A stretch of DNA of 60,258 nt, counting the filler, from Sphacelaria rigidula (Eukaryota), in the NCBI GenBank assembly GCA_964200075.2. It is 6 parts of 6 records of this genome, joined end to end, with 100 filler letters (N's around TTAATTAATTAA, not from the genome) between each part and the next. Parts side by side here need not be neighbours in the genome. Positions count along the whole stretch, not along the records: positions 20,121 to 30,080 come from CAXNAA020007411.1; positions 30,181 to 40,140 come from CAXNAA020007412.1; 4 more parts are not named here. One strand, written 5' to 3'. The notes beneath the pieces were generated by a model. The model did no database searches, was not told where the DNA came from, and was given only the letters and a program-made list of their open reading frames with translations. A program made the translations under genes and the position numbers. Below, piece after piece: positions 24,706 through 38,183 of the stretch. Each line of letters opens with the position of its first letter. Position 1 is the stretch's first letter.

Positions 24706-27700
24706 TCGCACTGAACAACAACGCAGCACTTGGCATCGATGGGCTGACAACTACAGCTCACGCTTCTGTACTAGACAGTATGCCACCACAATCATTGTGT
24801 TCAGTTTGGAGTGGATCTTGTACAAACCCGAGTGGGTATGATCATTTCCGTGCAACTGGTCATCGTATGGTTTGTGCTGCAGATGTAGAACTGTCTTGCA
24901 CTGACTCCGTCCTGCCAGTTCAAGTTCGAGATCTCATCTCGAGTAGAACCCGGGGGCGGCGGGCCGCCGATACGGCCACCACGCTAGCGGCCTCTGGCCC
25001 GGACCTTCTCATCCCAAACTCCATCCCGGTGCCCGATACTTTCCTCGCGTCTCCTCAACCACCGCGGCGCAAGGCCCCCGGAACTTCGACCCCATCCACG
25101 ACACCCCTTCCTCCCATAGCCGAAGCCTCCGCTTTGCCCCACTGATGCCTCACCACCCGATGTGCTAGTCGACGTAGGAATCGAAGACAATATTCCGCTT
25201 GAAAGTACACTAACTGATCTCCCCGCCCATGATCCAAATATCCCTGGTTCTAGTCAACACCACCGTGACACGAACCCCTTCATTTTGGACAAACCGTCGG
25301 TTAGTGTATTCGAGGATTATTTGACCCTTTTCTCCCACGCCGATTGGGCCAGGGAACAACAGGCTGAACCTGCTTGTAGAGCGGCTATGAGTTATCTATC
25401 CAGAGGCTGCCCGTCTCCTTTTTCAGCAACTGACTTCCTCGTGCCCGTCGGGAACCACACGGCCCTCACACAGGATGAAGTTACAGAACTATCGCGAAGA
25501 GGTATGTTTTACACGGATGATCATGGCGTTGTTCTTTTAGTTCGACGGCCCACAGCGCCCCTTCGTATGGGGAAACCTACTGGAAAACATGCCTGTTTGT
25601 TAGGTTACGATCCCACAAGAATGTATGCGCTGATGCCTCTGCGTCCATGGGTTCTCCATGAGTGCCATTCGCAAGCATCGACACATCTGGGAGTTGCTCA
25701 GATCTCCCAGATGCTCGAGCGTTTTTACTGGTGGACTTGTATGGACCAGTGTGTATGTTGGTGGGCGAGGCGCTGTCTTTGTGTCAGGCACGCAAACTTC
25801 GCGCTAAACGGTTCGATGGCCAATTGTTTTGTGGGATTATTTTGGTCCTTTGCCCCTGACGGATCGTTGTAACAAGTGTATTTTGTTGTTCACAGAAAGG
25901 TTTAGTCGACCTGCGGTGATGCACGTTGTCCCTGCCAGTAGCTATAACGCGGAAGGTACCGCCAACATTCTTGTATACACGTACATCCCACAGTGGGGTA
26001 TGCCCAAAGGATTATTGTCCGATAACCGCCCGTATTGTTCAGGCAAACGTTCGGGCGCAGTCAGTGATCTTCTGGGTGCCCATCGCATTTTTACTAGTCC
26101 GCATCACCCTTCCAACAACGGTGGAACGGCACGAGTGAAGGATACGATGGCACAAATGCTTGCTGCCGTGGCGAATGAGAGACAGATGAAGTGGGATCTG
26201 CATCTACCCCTTGTCCAGATGAACTACAACAGTTCGGTCGCTACCGCTGCGGGATTTGGGCCGAATGAAATTCATATTGGTCGCATGCCCAGCTTACCTT
26301 TGACGGTGTTCGAACGCAGAGATACCGGCGGACACCAGAGTCTGGATCGTAATGTTGTAGAGTACCATTTGTCGGTGAGCAATCGTCTTCGTCTTGCATA
26401 TGAAGCGATACGAGAACAGAACCAAATCAATTTGGCCAAGGTCGCCAGGGCGAACTCAGTGTTGGATGATGTGGTACTTAGACGCCCGGTGTGGAAGGTA
26501 AGCCAATGGGTATGGGTATATCACGACGTGAAAACCATCAAGGGGCTAGCTCGAAGTTATCCTCTTTGGACAAAGTGTTCAAAGCGAAACTCTCCTTGAA
26601 ATGAACTCGCCCTTGGGAAGTTTTGCTGTCGGTCCAAGCGCCACCGCACTCGACAAAAGTCCGTTGGGAGTAACACTTTTGTATTTAGATTTCCCACGGA
26701 TGAACCTGGCTTGAGACCGAAAAACCGAGTCACGATGCTACGGTGCAAACCGTGTATTCCTTCTCATGACTCCTCTGACATGCACAACCAACTGCCGTTT
26801 GGACCTAGCCAGTACGTGTTGAACAAGTATGCAATCAAAACTCCGCCCTAACATATGGCGGTCGAGGATGCGGACGCACCCCTGAAAGGTGTTGCGGTAG
26901 ATCGGATATCCGATCATCACCTGGTTCGCGGCCGTGGTAATAAGATGGTTGTAATGTATCAGACACATTGGAGGGGTATCATGCGTGTTACATGGGAGCG
27001 TGAAATTGACTTACGTTACTTTCGGTGGAAAATATTGCTGTACTGGGTAGGAGATGCCGCCCAACACCGCCCGTTGAATAGGAGATATAGGTCGATGCGC
27101 AAAGGAGCTGCCGCTCGGGAACTGGCACGTGAGCACTCGGCGCGGTTTGTCGTAGAACGATATGACCTTATTTCGCGTTCACACTACATGCATTCCTTTT
27201 GCAAACAGCGTTTGCCGAAGGGGGCGTATTTCCGGTATAAGGCTTTGGATTCACTGTGGTGGTTGGGTAAGATTAATATAATCGACCCTGCATCGGACAA
27301 TGCCTACCTCATCCGTTTCCTCGATGACCCGAGCCTGTTTAAGATTCGCTTGGATGATGCCTCCTACACCGAGGTGCCGACCGCTCGCGGAGGATCCTGG
27401 TGCCTCCAACGTCACGACCAAGGCGATCTCGACACAGCCGTTCTACGCAACACGGACACCACTTGGGATGCAAGAGACTCATGATGCCGCATCCGAGTCT
27501 GCTTCCCCATTTACCTTGCGTAGTGTACCATGTTCGAATGGCTTGTCTTGCGCTGTAGCGTTGTTGAAAAATCACGTGTTCCCCCTTCCCCCCCCTCATT
27601 TTGTTCGGTACTGCTGCAGCCCCCGTTCCTTTAGTGGTTGTATTTTGTATTTTGTATTTGTTTGTTTGGCCTTGGGCATTTCCCTTGTTTTCTTTTCTCT

Positions 27701-28326
27701 GGTTTTTGCGCCGTTTTGTTTTTGTCTTCCTTTTCTTTTTTTCTCTCGTTTACTGCGTTCGCCCTCACTCTCCGTGTATTTGTCGTGGTTTAGAAACGTG
27801 TCGGGCGACCCGATCCGATGGTTGTGTATAATTCAATCACGTTTCTTTTGACGTGTACGAATACCCGACCTCTCCAATCGGCCGGCTATTTTGGTATATC
27901 GGTTGTGCGAGAACTACTGTACGACTGGATCATCACCCAGGCGTATTTAGCAACGTGCTGCACTCTCACACACATTTACCGACAACTAATTCAGGATAAT
28001 CGAGTTAGCTTGTCGTATCATGCATACTTCGTTTTTTTTCAACGGATGATCCTTGCGGGAAACGCTTTTTCCGCGATGAATCAGCTGACGTCGTTGATTT
28101 TGCCGATTGACTGAGACAAGGGATTAACATAAACAGGTTATTGGAGTGTTATAATGCCTTGGCAGGCTTGCTTGCTTGCTTGTTTCTACCAATGAAACTG
28201 AAATATCCGGAAATACGCAGAAGAGTAACCTATCCTAAATACGATATGGTTGTGGCAATGTATGCTGATCGTTTCGATGATCAACTTCTGATTTCCCATT
28301 ATTCCTTCTGAGATGCTCACGACATT

Positions 28327-28626
28327 TGATTTTTTTTCCCTCACACTTTGAACCCCTCCCCTTCCTCGGGATGAGTCCGTGGTCTCACGGGATCAACCCA
28401 TCTCTCCCCCGGTACGTGCCTTTCATTTTCGTCTCGCAGATTGGGTCAGCACTCCCGCACCGTCAACTCACGTCACACAAATCCAGTCGACTATTTTGTT
28501 TACTCACGTTCTCATGCTTTCCACGGCGGAAATTATACATGACGAAGAAAAAACCCAATGCATCGGGAATCGAACCCCGTTCTCTCCACCCTAATGGCGA
28601 AATTCGGACCATTACACCACCAGGGC
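28327..28626 (-). mobile_element. tRNA-derived SINE, copy 2
   Basis: Head GCCCTGGTGGTGTAATGGTC...GGTTCGATTCCCGATGCA; same body and tail as 14894-15202. Confidence 0.8.
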
Positions 28627-29069
28627 GTGAATACACTACCTTTTTTGCATATCGGTTTGATTGTTTTTTTGTTTTCTTCATTTTTTATTTTCTATGATAT
28701 CCCGTGAAATGCTCACGGAATTTGAGGACACTGCATTTTTGTATCTCGATTCCATCGTGATTTTTTTTCTATTTTTTTTTGTGTGCTTGGTCGGACCTCA
28801 TCTTTCCCCGTGCCGAAGAAAACTTGGACTTCAAAATGAGTCTCATTTTTATTTTGTTTTTGCTTTTTCTCGGATCCTTCGGGCTTATTCCATCCAATCG
28901 ACTGGCCATGGTAGTGCCTTTGCATGCAGTGCCTTTGCATCTGTCTTGCTTGAGTACCGTGCATATTTTTCTGCCCAAATCAGTTAACGCTTTGGATTGT
29001 TCGGTCTACCCTTTTTGTGGTGCGGGAGAAGGTATGGATGCAGCACTCTCGCCTCTTGTCATAGTCTGC

Positions 29070-29265
29070 GAGTGCTTCTACCATGAGAGGCATATGTTAT
29101 ATGATAGGGATTTTCAATCTTGCGCGAACGTTTGAGTACGTTTGAGTGCTTCTACCATGGGAGGCATATGTTATGTGATATGGATTTGCAATCTTGCGCG
29201 AATGTGTGAGTGCGTTTGAGTACTTCTACCATGAGAGGCACACGTTAGATGATATAGATATTGCA
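29070..29265. repeat. Tandem repeat, 74-bp unit, ~2.6 copies
   Basis: GAGTRCTTCTACCATG recurs at 29070, 29144 and 29218 with conserved intervening sequence. Confidence 0.85.
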
Positions 29266-30526
29266 GTGCTGAGTTGTTTCTGGCATGACCAACGGGTACG
29301 AGCAGTGTATATCTTGGGCTAATGAATGAGTGCCCTCATAATCGACTGTCAGCTGTGTCGTTTCGGAGACACCAGAGCGTGATAGTCGCTATCTTCTTTG
29401 TGACTTGGAGTTATATAAGCATGGAACAAAATAATGTATATGTACTCAGAGTTGAAGTTGACTCGAGTGGATTTGAGTTGAGTTATGACTTCGAGGGAAG
29501 ACATCTCCGGAGCCGGTCGACAAGTCCATGTAGCCCCCCTTTCGCCTCACTCGATCATCGTCCCAGTGAGTCAAGAGTACAGTAGATCGAGGGTTAATCA
29601 ACTATTCGTCCAGCGTCTGATAGACTCCAGCTGTACCCTTCTTTGGTGAATGAGCCTCACGAACGAGGAGAAAAAGTGAGTCTCCCCTGAGTGTACCATA
29701 CTCCCTCACTTCGTACATGTTTTTTGTTAAACAGAATCCTAGCTGCTCAATGTACACTTAGCTGTAGCATCATGTCAACAAGAGGACTCGTTGATCCCAG
29801 GTTGTCATCATCCTCCCTACGCTAAGCAGCTAGGGTGACAATCTTGATCACTTGACAGCTTTCCACACACTTTCAGCGACGGTGCCCAATGAAAGTTTTG
29901 TCAGCGTTATGCCCCTCGATCGCGTCGATACTTCTTCAGCACATTTGACAGACTGTGTGAGCTTACAGCGCTGGCCGAAACCGCCGTTTCCTCTGATAAC
30001 AATTCCAGCACAAACCCCCGCGCCGAACCGACAGAGCAAAGCGAGAAATGACACAACCAAGCGAGAGAAAAGAAATAGGANNNNNNNNNNNNNNNNNNNN
30101 NNNNNNNNNNNNNNNNNNNNNNNNTTAATTAATTAANNNNNNNNNNNNNNNNNNNNNNNNNNNNNNNNNNNNNNNNNNNNCTAGCACGTCCCGTTCCTTC
30201 TTGTATCGCTCACATTCTGTGGGGGGGGGGGGAGGGGGGCAGGCGTTGCAAGTTTTGTCGAGCTGTTTTTCCAATAAGCGAGCAATGACTTGCGTTTCTT
30301 GCGCACAACATGCGATACGGTGGACTTCCTGCCGTGTTGGGCTGCTCGCAAGTTTTATGGAAAACGCGGTAGAATGCATGTCCTCGCACCTCTACCCCCA
30401 ACGCCCCGACGGCCGCAACGAATGCCGTAACCACCTTGATCCACCAGAGCGCACGGCGACTCAAAGAGTCCCATTGTCAGCCCTCAGCCAGTTCTGATTT
30501 CATTGCCCTAATGCATCATCCACCAG

Positions 30527-33288
30527 ATCGGCACCGGACCCTTCAGCCGCCTGAGCGCAGCCTTGCGAGGCGGCGGTTCTGCGGCGGGGGCCCCACTCCT
30601 AGACAGTCCAAAAAGGCCCGTGTCAGCCACCGCTGGAAATTCGGGGTCCCGAGGACCGTCCGCAGCTGAGCGGAAGGCGCTGGCGTTGTTGAAAGTGGGC
30701 TGGACATCCACCATGGCGGAAGATCTATTGGACATGTGCTTGAATGTTTTCTTGAAGTTTGGTGAGGCGACATTGCCGTTGCTGCCGGAGGTGCTGGCAC
30801 TTCACCAGGTACGTACCATTAGTTGTACAACAGTTCCTGTGGCCGTAGCGTGTTGTGCTGTCGTGACGAGAGATGCAGAGAAAGGGGGCGTGGGAATCTT
30901 TTTCGCGTGTAGCGGTGTAGTTCGTGCTTCTGTACGTTTGGCGTTGATGATACGGCGGTTGTTTCTATACAACCCGGCGTTTGTTCAGCCCCTTGATATC
31001 TGCGGCCTTGCTCCCCAAATTATATTTAGCTCTGCATGTCTCCAACGCACCATGCCCCCGTTACCACCACTGATCTACTCCCGGCCACGGGTTTGTTGAC
31101 GCGGAAAAACCGATCTTGACGTGTTTTGCAGCGCTGCATCTGCCAAGAGTCAGAAGTGCTGGCGCGCATAGCCCTGAGGTCCCTTGGGCGTTTCGTCACG
31201 TCAATGCACAAGTCCTTCCCCGACTCATCCGCCACCATCGTTCGCAAGCACCTCACCGCGGGCGGTCAAGATGGAAGTGCCGCGGGCTCCGAGGAGGACA
31301 AGGAAGTCAGTGCTTGTCTGTTTTGGCTTGGGGGGGGGCAGCTTGCGTGTGCACTCATGAATTTCGACGTCTCCAATCAGCAGATTTTGCTGTACTATGA
31401 TCGGATAGTTTTTTTTTCAAGTGCTTGATTGCTTACGGGCATAATCACGTTGTAGAATGTCTGCACTGCGAAAGCTGTTTTCACCATTACTCCATTTACC
31501 CTATACCCGCCTGTCGCTTGCACCAGGAGGTCTACTCGGTGTGGCACTGCTTGACGGCGAGCCTGTGCGCTATCATGTCGGACAACCTCCCATTGGAGCT
31601 GCTCAACAACCCCCTTAACGTCTCGCCCGAGCACATTCCGTTCGCCGAGCCGTCTGCTTCATCTGCAGCTGGAATGAATAGCTCGTCGGCGATCTCTTCG
31701 TCTTCACCTGCGTGGATGGATCCAGCGAAACACGCTGCCCCGGCCGTGAATGCGTCGTCCGGAAAGGTGCGGTGGTGGCCTCGAGTGTTGTTTAAACGCC
31801 ATGTACAGCTATTCGTCATATATCAGCTCCTATCGTGCTCGACGCAACCTCACGCCCGAGAGTGACAAAGCATCGGAATAGTATTTGTGCCGACCAACGT
31901 GCATTGCCGATATTCTCACGGCTAAATAGCGTCTACATACGAGGCGACCTGAGGATTTGTACGTAAACAATGGTTGGTACTATGGAGATGCCGCCAACCC
32001 TAACGCTAACCCTAACCCTAACCCCGACCAAGGCATACCGAGAACCCTCGGGCAAGGGGGTGCAGAGTGTTTGTTCCCTACACAAAGTGTGCGTTTGCCG
32101 GAGCTCAAATCGACGCCTTTCAGCCGATTTCGGATCAAAGCATGTTCTGGACGAGCTGGGTCCACTGCTCACCTGCCCCAGACCATGAATTTGCTCAGAA
32201 CTTTATTCAGTCTAAAATCAAGTAAAATTGAGTGCCAATCATTGTTCATGTACAAATCCTCAGCTCTACTGCTACATACCCATATCCCCCCCTCCCCCCG
32301 TACATGATAAGCACCCACCCCCGCCCCTCTCCCGCCCCCTACGGCAAACGAACTCATACGATAACTCCTCCAAACCTACGCGGTCCCGTGTCCACGTCGA
32401 GCAGCCACCAGCTAGCGGGTCGGCTGGGCAAGCTGTGGCTACCGCCATTTCGGTGGAGCGGGCGGAGTCGGAGTCAAGCTGGGGAGAAGTCGAAAGCGCC
32501 GCACCCGCCACCACAGCAGCAGGGGCGGCAGCAGGAACAGGGGGAGGCGGGGAGAGACCAAATTCCGGAAATATGGGCAGAGATGCTACCGGTGGCGAAG
32601 AGAGTAAGGGGGACAGATATAGCAGACAATCCAACAACGATGCCGTTGCAGGAGATGCGTCGAACCGAGACGATGCTGGCGCGGCTTCCGCGAGAGAGAG
32701 GGGTGGCGCATCGGCAGCCAGCGTTGAACGTCAGCAATCCGAGTTGGTCAACGCCCACGGCGCCGAGCAAAATCACGAGGGAGGGGATGTAGTCATGGTG
32801 TCTCCGGTGGGGCATGATGCGGCGTCCGACGACGGAGGGGAGGGAGCGGGGGAGCAAAATTCTACACTCGATTCGAGGGGTTTCGGCGGGGGGGACGTGA
32901 GCAGGCGACCGAATCTGGGCGCGTTGATGACGATGCTCGTGGTGTCGCTGCGCATGCAAAGGCTGGTGCACTGGGTGGTGCGCAAGAGGTGCCTGGACGG
33001 GCTATCGGAAGAGAATTTAATGGATTTACTTTCGGCCCTTGAGGTGATGATCGCAAAAGCACTTTTACCAGGTGGTGAACGGGGTCCAGCGCACTTTTTA
33101 ATGTAGCTGCTCTTGCACGTATGCGTGTGTGAGGTTTCACCTCATGTAGATGCAGTGTCATGTGTGTACCCTTTGCTTACCCCGCTGCAAGCGGGTGCTG
33201 CGGTGGCAAGCATTCTCTTGGGAAGCGAGGTTTGATCGCTGTTGCCTTGCATGACGCAAAGCAAACCATGAGAGGGTATGTTCCGATA

Positions 33289-33329
<41 letters not shown>

Positions 33330-36300
33330 TTGAAATAACGCGGTTCAAATCCTGAGTGGTCGATGATTAGGAACAAGACACATAGTAAGGGCAAGTTTAA
33401 AAACCGCCGACTTCATAAGTTGATATTCATGTTTACCTTCGGACTTTGTCCTGCTCACCAGGCCGCTAGCGTGACGGCGCTTCAATTCAACCGCCATCAC
33501 AACCTAAGGAGGGCTCTCGGCCGTGTGGGCTTCATGACCAGGGGCGAACCGGTAGCCCTGTGCCCCATGTTAGAGCAAGAGGTGGCAGGTTACAATCTGC
33601 TGCTCCGGACCCTCGTGGTCCTGTCGTGTGGAATGGACGTGGACACAGGGGAGGTGGTGGAGGGCGGTGCTGGCTGGCCATTCGCGCAGGTGAGGTGACG
33701 AACACTGCTAGTAGTGTGAAGGTGCAGGCTGATGAAAAGTATTGTGCGTCGCACACGTGCTTCCAGGGTAATATTTCGGGACACATCGGGGTATCCTAGA
33801 CTCATGAAGACCCCAAAAATTAAGGGTGTGTTGGGTAGGGTTCGAGTTCTTCCTTTATGTGGTTATTTTGGAAATCGTAGTCTGAGCACCCAAAACCTTG
33901 GAGTGGGGTAGAGTATTGACATCGTCCTCAACAATACCCAGATAGATGTGGGGTAGAGTGGTGTGATCGTGCAGTACCCACCTTTACCCAATATTTGGAT
34001 AGAGTTTGGAGATCAGACCATTGCAATGCAAAATTCGGGAGAGTAAATACCCGGGCATTCACCCTACCCAACACGCCCTCGAAAATTTCATGAGCTGTGA
34101 CAGTGTAGGGAACACATTCATCTACGCTTGAAAAGGCGTTTGGTGACCTGTAGCACTATGTTCGTTGTGGGAAAATCATGGCACTCTGACAAACCAACGT
34201 ATTATACCCCGGTACGTTCGTGGAAAGGACGTTATAGTATGTTTGCGTCCGTTGACCCTTTCGGCCGTTTGTTCTTGTTCAGCACATGTAGTTAATCGCT
34301 CAGACCCGCACTCCAGTAATTAGCTGCTAAGCCGTACCCAGGCGAGGTGCCCGTTGGGATATTTCAAGGACTATTCTGCGCAGCAGAGCTGGTGTAGATT
34401 CTGATTGCGTCGATTCATTGAGTCCCGCAGATAGGGGAGACTTCTCCTTGTCTCCGCGTTGCGAAATTTTTATGTACAGGTAATGTTCTCACTCAAGTTG
34501 GGGATGTTGTCATTTCAACCAAAAATGCTGGCGTGCACCTACTACTGCTCAGTGTTGTCCCTTTTACAATGAAATGGAAGTGGTATTTTGGAAGGTTAGT
34601 CGCCGAGGCAGGGCGCGTCTTGTGTTTGATGATGCTGGAAATTCGAGTAGATGTTGGGATGATGCCACAGGTGTGTACCGAAGCGACAGATTGAATTGGT
34701 CACCAGCATAGCCAGATTTTTGTTTTTACACTCTATTTTCCAATGACAATTATGGAGTGTACGATCACATCGTCGACGAGGCAGCAACGTCTCCTGCCAG
34801 CTGTGTGTGTCATCATATTCGGCCAGCTCATGGGTGACTGCTCCTAGCAACATAGATAACAAGCACCGTTTGAGCTCCGTTTCATACATCTGAGGGTACT
34901 GGGTTCGACGTTTCCGCCCCAACTCGCGCGAGAGCTCGACTTGAAGCTTGTCGGGCGTAAACTGTCGGTTCTGCTAAGGGCCCCTGCGAACCTCCTGGCG
35001 AGGGGCAATGTCCCCTTACAGTCAGGGGCAGAACTTTCGGGGAAAACGTCATTGCAGTCTGGAAGCCACCGAGGTGGTCGCTGTGGTATTCTTCTCCCAC
35101 TATCAAGTTAGAGTACGGCGGATCAAGGTCTGTACGTGGATACTTCGGTGCTCCAGTAACTTCCACTTCGCCGAACTCTTGCGGAGTATATTACTATCTA
35201 ACAAGGGTGAAAAATTATGCAAGTTGAGGTCCACACCAGATACAGTCAGCAGTACAGTACTGGTTTGCACAGAGTGATGCGCCCAGCTGTCCGTCTCGAT
35301 TGTGATGACCTTTCCCTCACGATGGCTTCTCGTGTGGACTCACTGCAAATGATACCGTGAGGCATGGCTGCTTCAACTGGAGCACTGTAGTCGGTGTTCA
35401 ATAAATAAAGCCTACAAGACATAAGCCTGCATATTTTCGAAAAAAAAACAACACTGTGTTGCATGCCCACAAGGATCAAGGATGCACCGAAGGCTTTCGT
35501 ATATACTACGCATATGATCTGGGAAATGATGAGTCTCCGAGCAACGGCAGCGCTCGCTTCAAGCCGTTGGTTATGAACTGTACCGCTTGGAACAATCTCA
35601 TGCTCCATTCACATATGTTCGGTTTCATTCGGTAGATGACACCTCTCTGTGCGCCGTTTGATGCTGAAGCCTCGATGGGAAAACCCGCGAGCAGCTGAAC
35701 GGCACGTCCTCCAGAGGGTACGCACCGAAAGTTCAGGCTCTTTGCTCTTCCCTTGTTGCCCCGTTACGTTGTTCGTGTGAACATGATCTTTGAATCGACT
35801 TGGCCAACTCAAAAGGCGCGTCTCGTTCAGGCGTGTAAGTTCGTGGTTTTAGCCTACGCAGACCGAGAGGAGCACGCGATGGGGCTGGCGCTCAGCCTCC
35901 CCTCGCTTGACCACTCCGCGCTCGTGGAGGAAGTGAGGGAAACCACGGCGTTGGTGATCCTTGCCCTACGGAGCATGATGTACATCTCGGAAGAAGAGGT
36001 GAGATGCAAGTCTCCTTGTTTTTTTTTCTTGCGTCGTACATTCTTGTGTTGGTGTTGGGATCGAGGTGGAGTAGCAGGGCGTTGCTTCAGCGGGTATATA
36101 GTGATGACGTGATAACCTTGATGCCACTAGATGGCGTAAGATCGAGCTGAAATACGCTCTCAATTAAGACGTTTTTTTTTGTTTTGCGGAATAGCTGCGC
36201 AAGTCCAACTGCCCCCGCCTGCCCCCTAAACCCTTAACCCCGCAACCATTCAGGTACACAAGAACTTGACGTGGATGTACGGCAGTATGGCGAGGTTGGT

Positions 36301-36403
36301 CCGATGTGACAGTGACGCTGTACGGCAACAGGTGCACGAGATCCTCACGCACAAGATGGGGCCTGGGCTCATGTCTCGGTCGTCGGAGCAGCGAAGGCCG
36401 TGA
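30527..36403 (+). CDS. Large ARF guanine-nucleotide exchange factor, BIG/Sec7 type; C-terminal 6-7 exons, 5' part outside contig
   Basis: Phase-0 GT-AG exons 30527-30808, 31132-31305, 31527-31766, ~32405-33043 (acceptor uncertain), 33462-33689, 35816-35998 and 36254-36403. Motifs typical of the BIG C-terminal HDS region: RCICQESEVLARIAL, VWHCLTASLCAIMSDNLP, ALQFNRHHNLRRAL..GFM..PMLEQE, WMYGSMARLVRCDSDAVRQQVHEIL. Confidence 0.82.
31941..32271. mobile_element. hAT-like MITE (331 bp) with internal telomeric (CCCTAA)n tract, in ARF-GEF intron
   Basis: Perfect 8-bp TSD CTACATAC (31933-31940, 32272-32279). ~40-bp TIRs with core CTGAGGATTTGTACGTAAACAATGGTTGGTACT / AGTGCCAATCATTGTTCATGTACAAATCCTCAG. 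Confidence 0.85.
33822..34080. mobile_element. hAT-like MITE in ARF-GEF intron
   Basis: TIRs AAGGGTGTGTTGGGTAGGGT / ACCCTACCCAACACGCCCTC; flanks CAAAAATT / GAAAATTT match at 6/8. Confidence 0.65.
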
Positions 36404-38183
36404 TACGATACGACTGTTGTCTGCTTGTGTCACGGTCGGGGGGGGCAATCTTTTTGAAAAGCATTTTATATATTTTTACCAACTGTGCTTTGGGACTACC
36501 CAAGAGCAGATCCCGATCTATCTGTAGCTTAGCATTTCTGACGGGTTACCATGAGTTCGTCAAATATCCTAAGAGAATGCTGCTGTGCGACAAAATGCAC
36601 TATTGATCAAAAGTGGGTGTAGCCATTGGAATAGTCCCAGATTTTGAAGTTGTGGGTTGTGCTTTTAAGTGATGTATCTACGGTTGGCCGGCAGAGCTTC
36701 CCAAGGGGATTAAGTTATAGGTCTATTTCTGGCCATCTGTATGGAGACTGTCCTGTTTCATTGTGCTCGTAGGGTGCTTGCGCCAAGCACCTTGGCAAAA
36801 ACGTGAAATGGTGTTGTTGGATGCGTGCGAATCTGTACATGTTTTTGCGTCATTGTCATGTTCCAGTTACATATTTTCGGAAAAATAAGTCAGTTGTATT
36901 GTAACGATGAGACGTGAGAGCTACTACTTCGTGTTGTGCCCGGGCGCTATGAGTCGCTTTGAGCATGAGAGTATTGCTACTGCCGCTGCATGAAACGCGG
37001 TGGTGAGTTGGTGCAGGAGTTGGTGGGTGTTTCCTGACACGCGTTTGGCGCACGCATGCAGGTTTGTGCGCGATGTAACCAGCATGCGCCGTTCAAACAA
37101 CGCGCGTAGTAGTAGCACTGTCTCCTGTGATACTTTCCGTACAAAATGTGTTGTTCCCAGTGAGCCCCCCCTGTGGTATTCTGCAGCTTTGGAGAGCAAT
37201 CTTAATGGCGGGAAGCGAGCTGTCGAGTATAGTGGTGACAGTTGTATAAGTCGCTCCGCAAGACGTACTGTTGTCTTTCCCGGATAATGGTCGATTATCG
37301 GCGCGTTTTGATCTCCTCACACAGAGTACTTACCCACTCGACCGTTTGTCATGCTGTTGGCCATCGATTCGACCCATGAAGTGGGTGAGCAATGGGTAAG
37401 TCATGTCCTGACTCGATTGACTTTATGCCCGTAAGGTGAGATTAATTCTCGTGTTGCACGCGAGCTGGGTCGCTCTCAACGTTTTGGTTACACAGTACAG
37501 TATTCATGGCCGAATCTTTTTGTGTACGTTTTGGGGGAACGAGTAAAATACTTCGTAGATTCCTGGTTTCGGTCAGTGCCTTTGGTTGAACAGTATTTAT
37601 TGAGGGCGGGCATCAAGCGCTCTGTGACAATGTCTTGCTTCTGGAGAGTGGGTTGATGAGCGTTTCCAAGTATAATGACGTACAGAGTTGAAGAGAGCAT
37701 CAATTTGCGGAGCATTTACATGTTTCAGCGTAAACTTGAATGTATTTGTATTAGTAGCATCTACACGCAGTTTGGGATGAAGGTTCATTTATGTGCGTTC
37801 TTATCTCTCTATTTTTTGTATGCACCGATGGACGCCTCGGTGTGCTTTGCTGACAAATGATGTCGTATATCCCGCGTTTTCGAATAGAATCTGCGCATCT
37901 GATCCCTATCGATACAAGGGGACTTAACCAACAGTAGGCCGTGACACCCCCCCCCCCCCCACGCCCCGCCCCCCGCGCAACAGCAACGNNNNNNNNNNTT
38001 TTAGAGTAGAATCTTCGCTACCGTTCCCCCTCCAAACATGGGGACTTAACCAACAAGATGCCCGGGCACCCCCCCCCCCCCCCCAGACGCTGCTCTGTCT
38101 CAAAAGGAATGCGTGGTCATTGGTCAAACGACTAAGGCAAACGACAAATGAGTACGCCCCCCTTCCCCCCACACTCAGCTGTG

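Larger units (their letters stand above)
22368..27484 (+). mobile_element. Degenerate Ty3/Gypsy retrotransposon pol (RT, RNase H, integrase, chromodomain, extra domain), interrupted by two MITEs
   Basis: RT: AYCTPSG, HVYPDDAVI (YxDD) and EFLGHCITPEG..LRSLL..SYYR. RNase H: FRFHTDSS, SRTTYPNEQKWSVIEQE..WGVRRLRQYL, ADFLSR. Integrase zinc region HLG..ERFYWW..C and core DYFGPLP..LLSDN..SPHHPSNNG. Chromodomain VDRISDH..YQTHWRG..TWE. Many stops and frameshifts. Confidence 0.92.

Noticed and set aside
29848-30060. Possible terminal exon of a minus-strand gene
   Set aside because: A plausible acceptor exists, but no recognisable protein in any frame and the contig ends.
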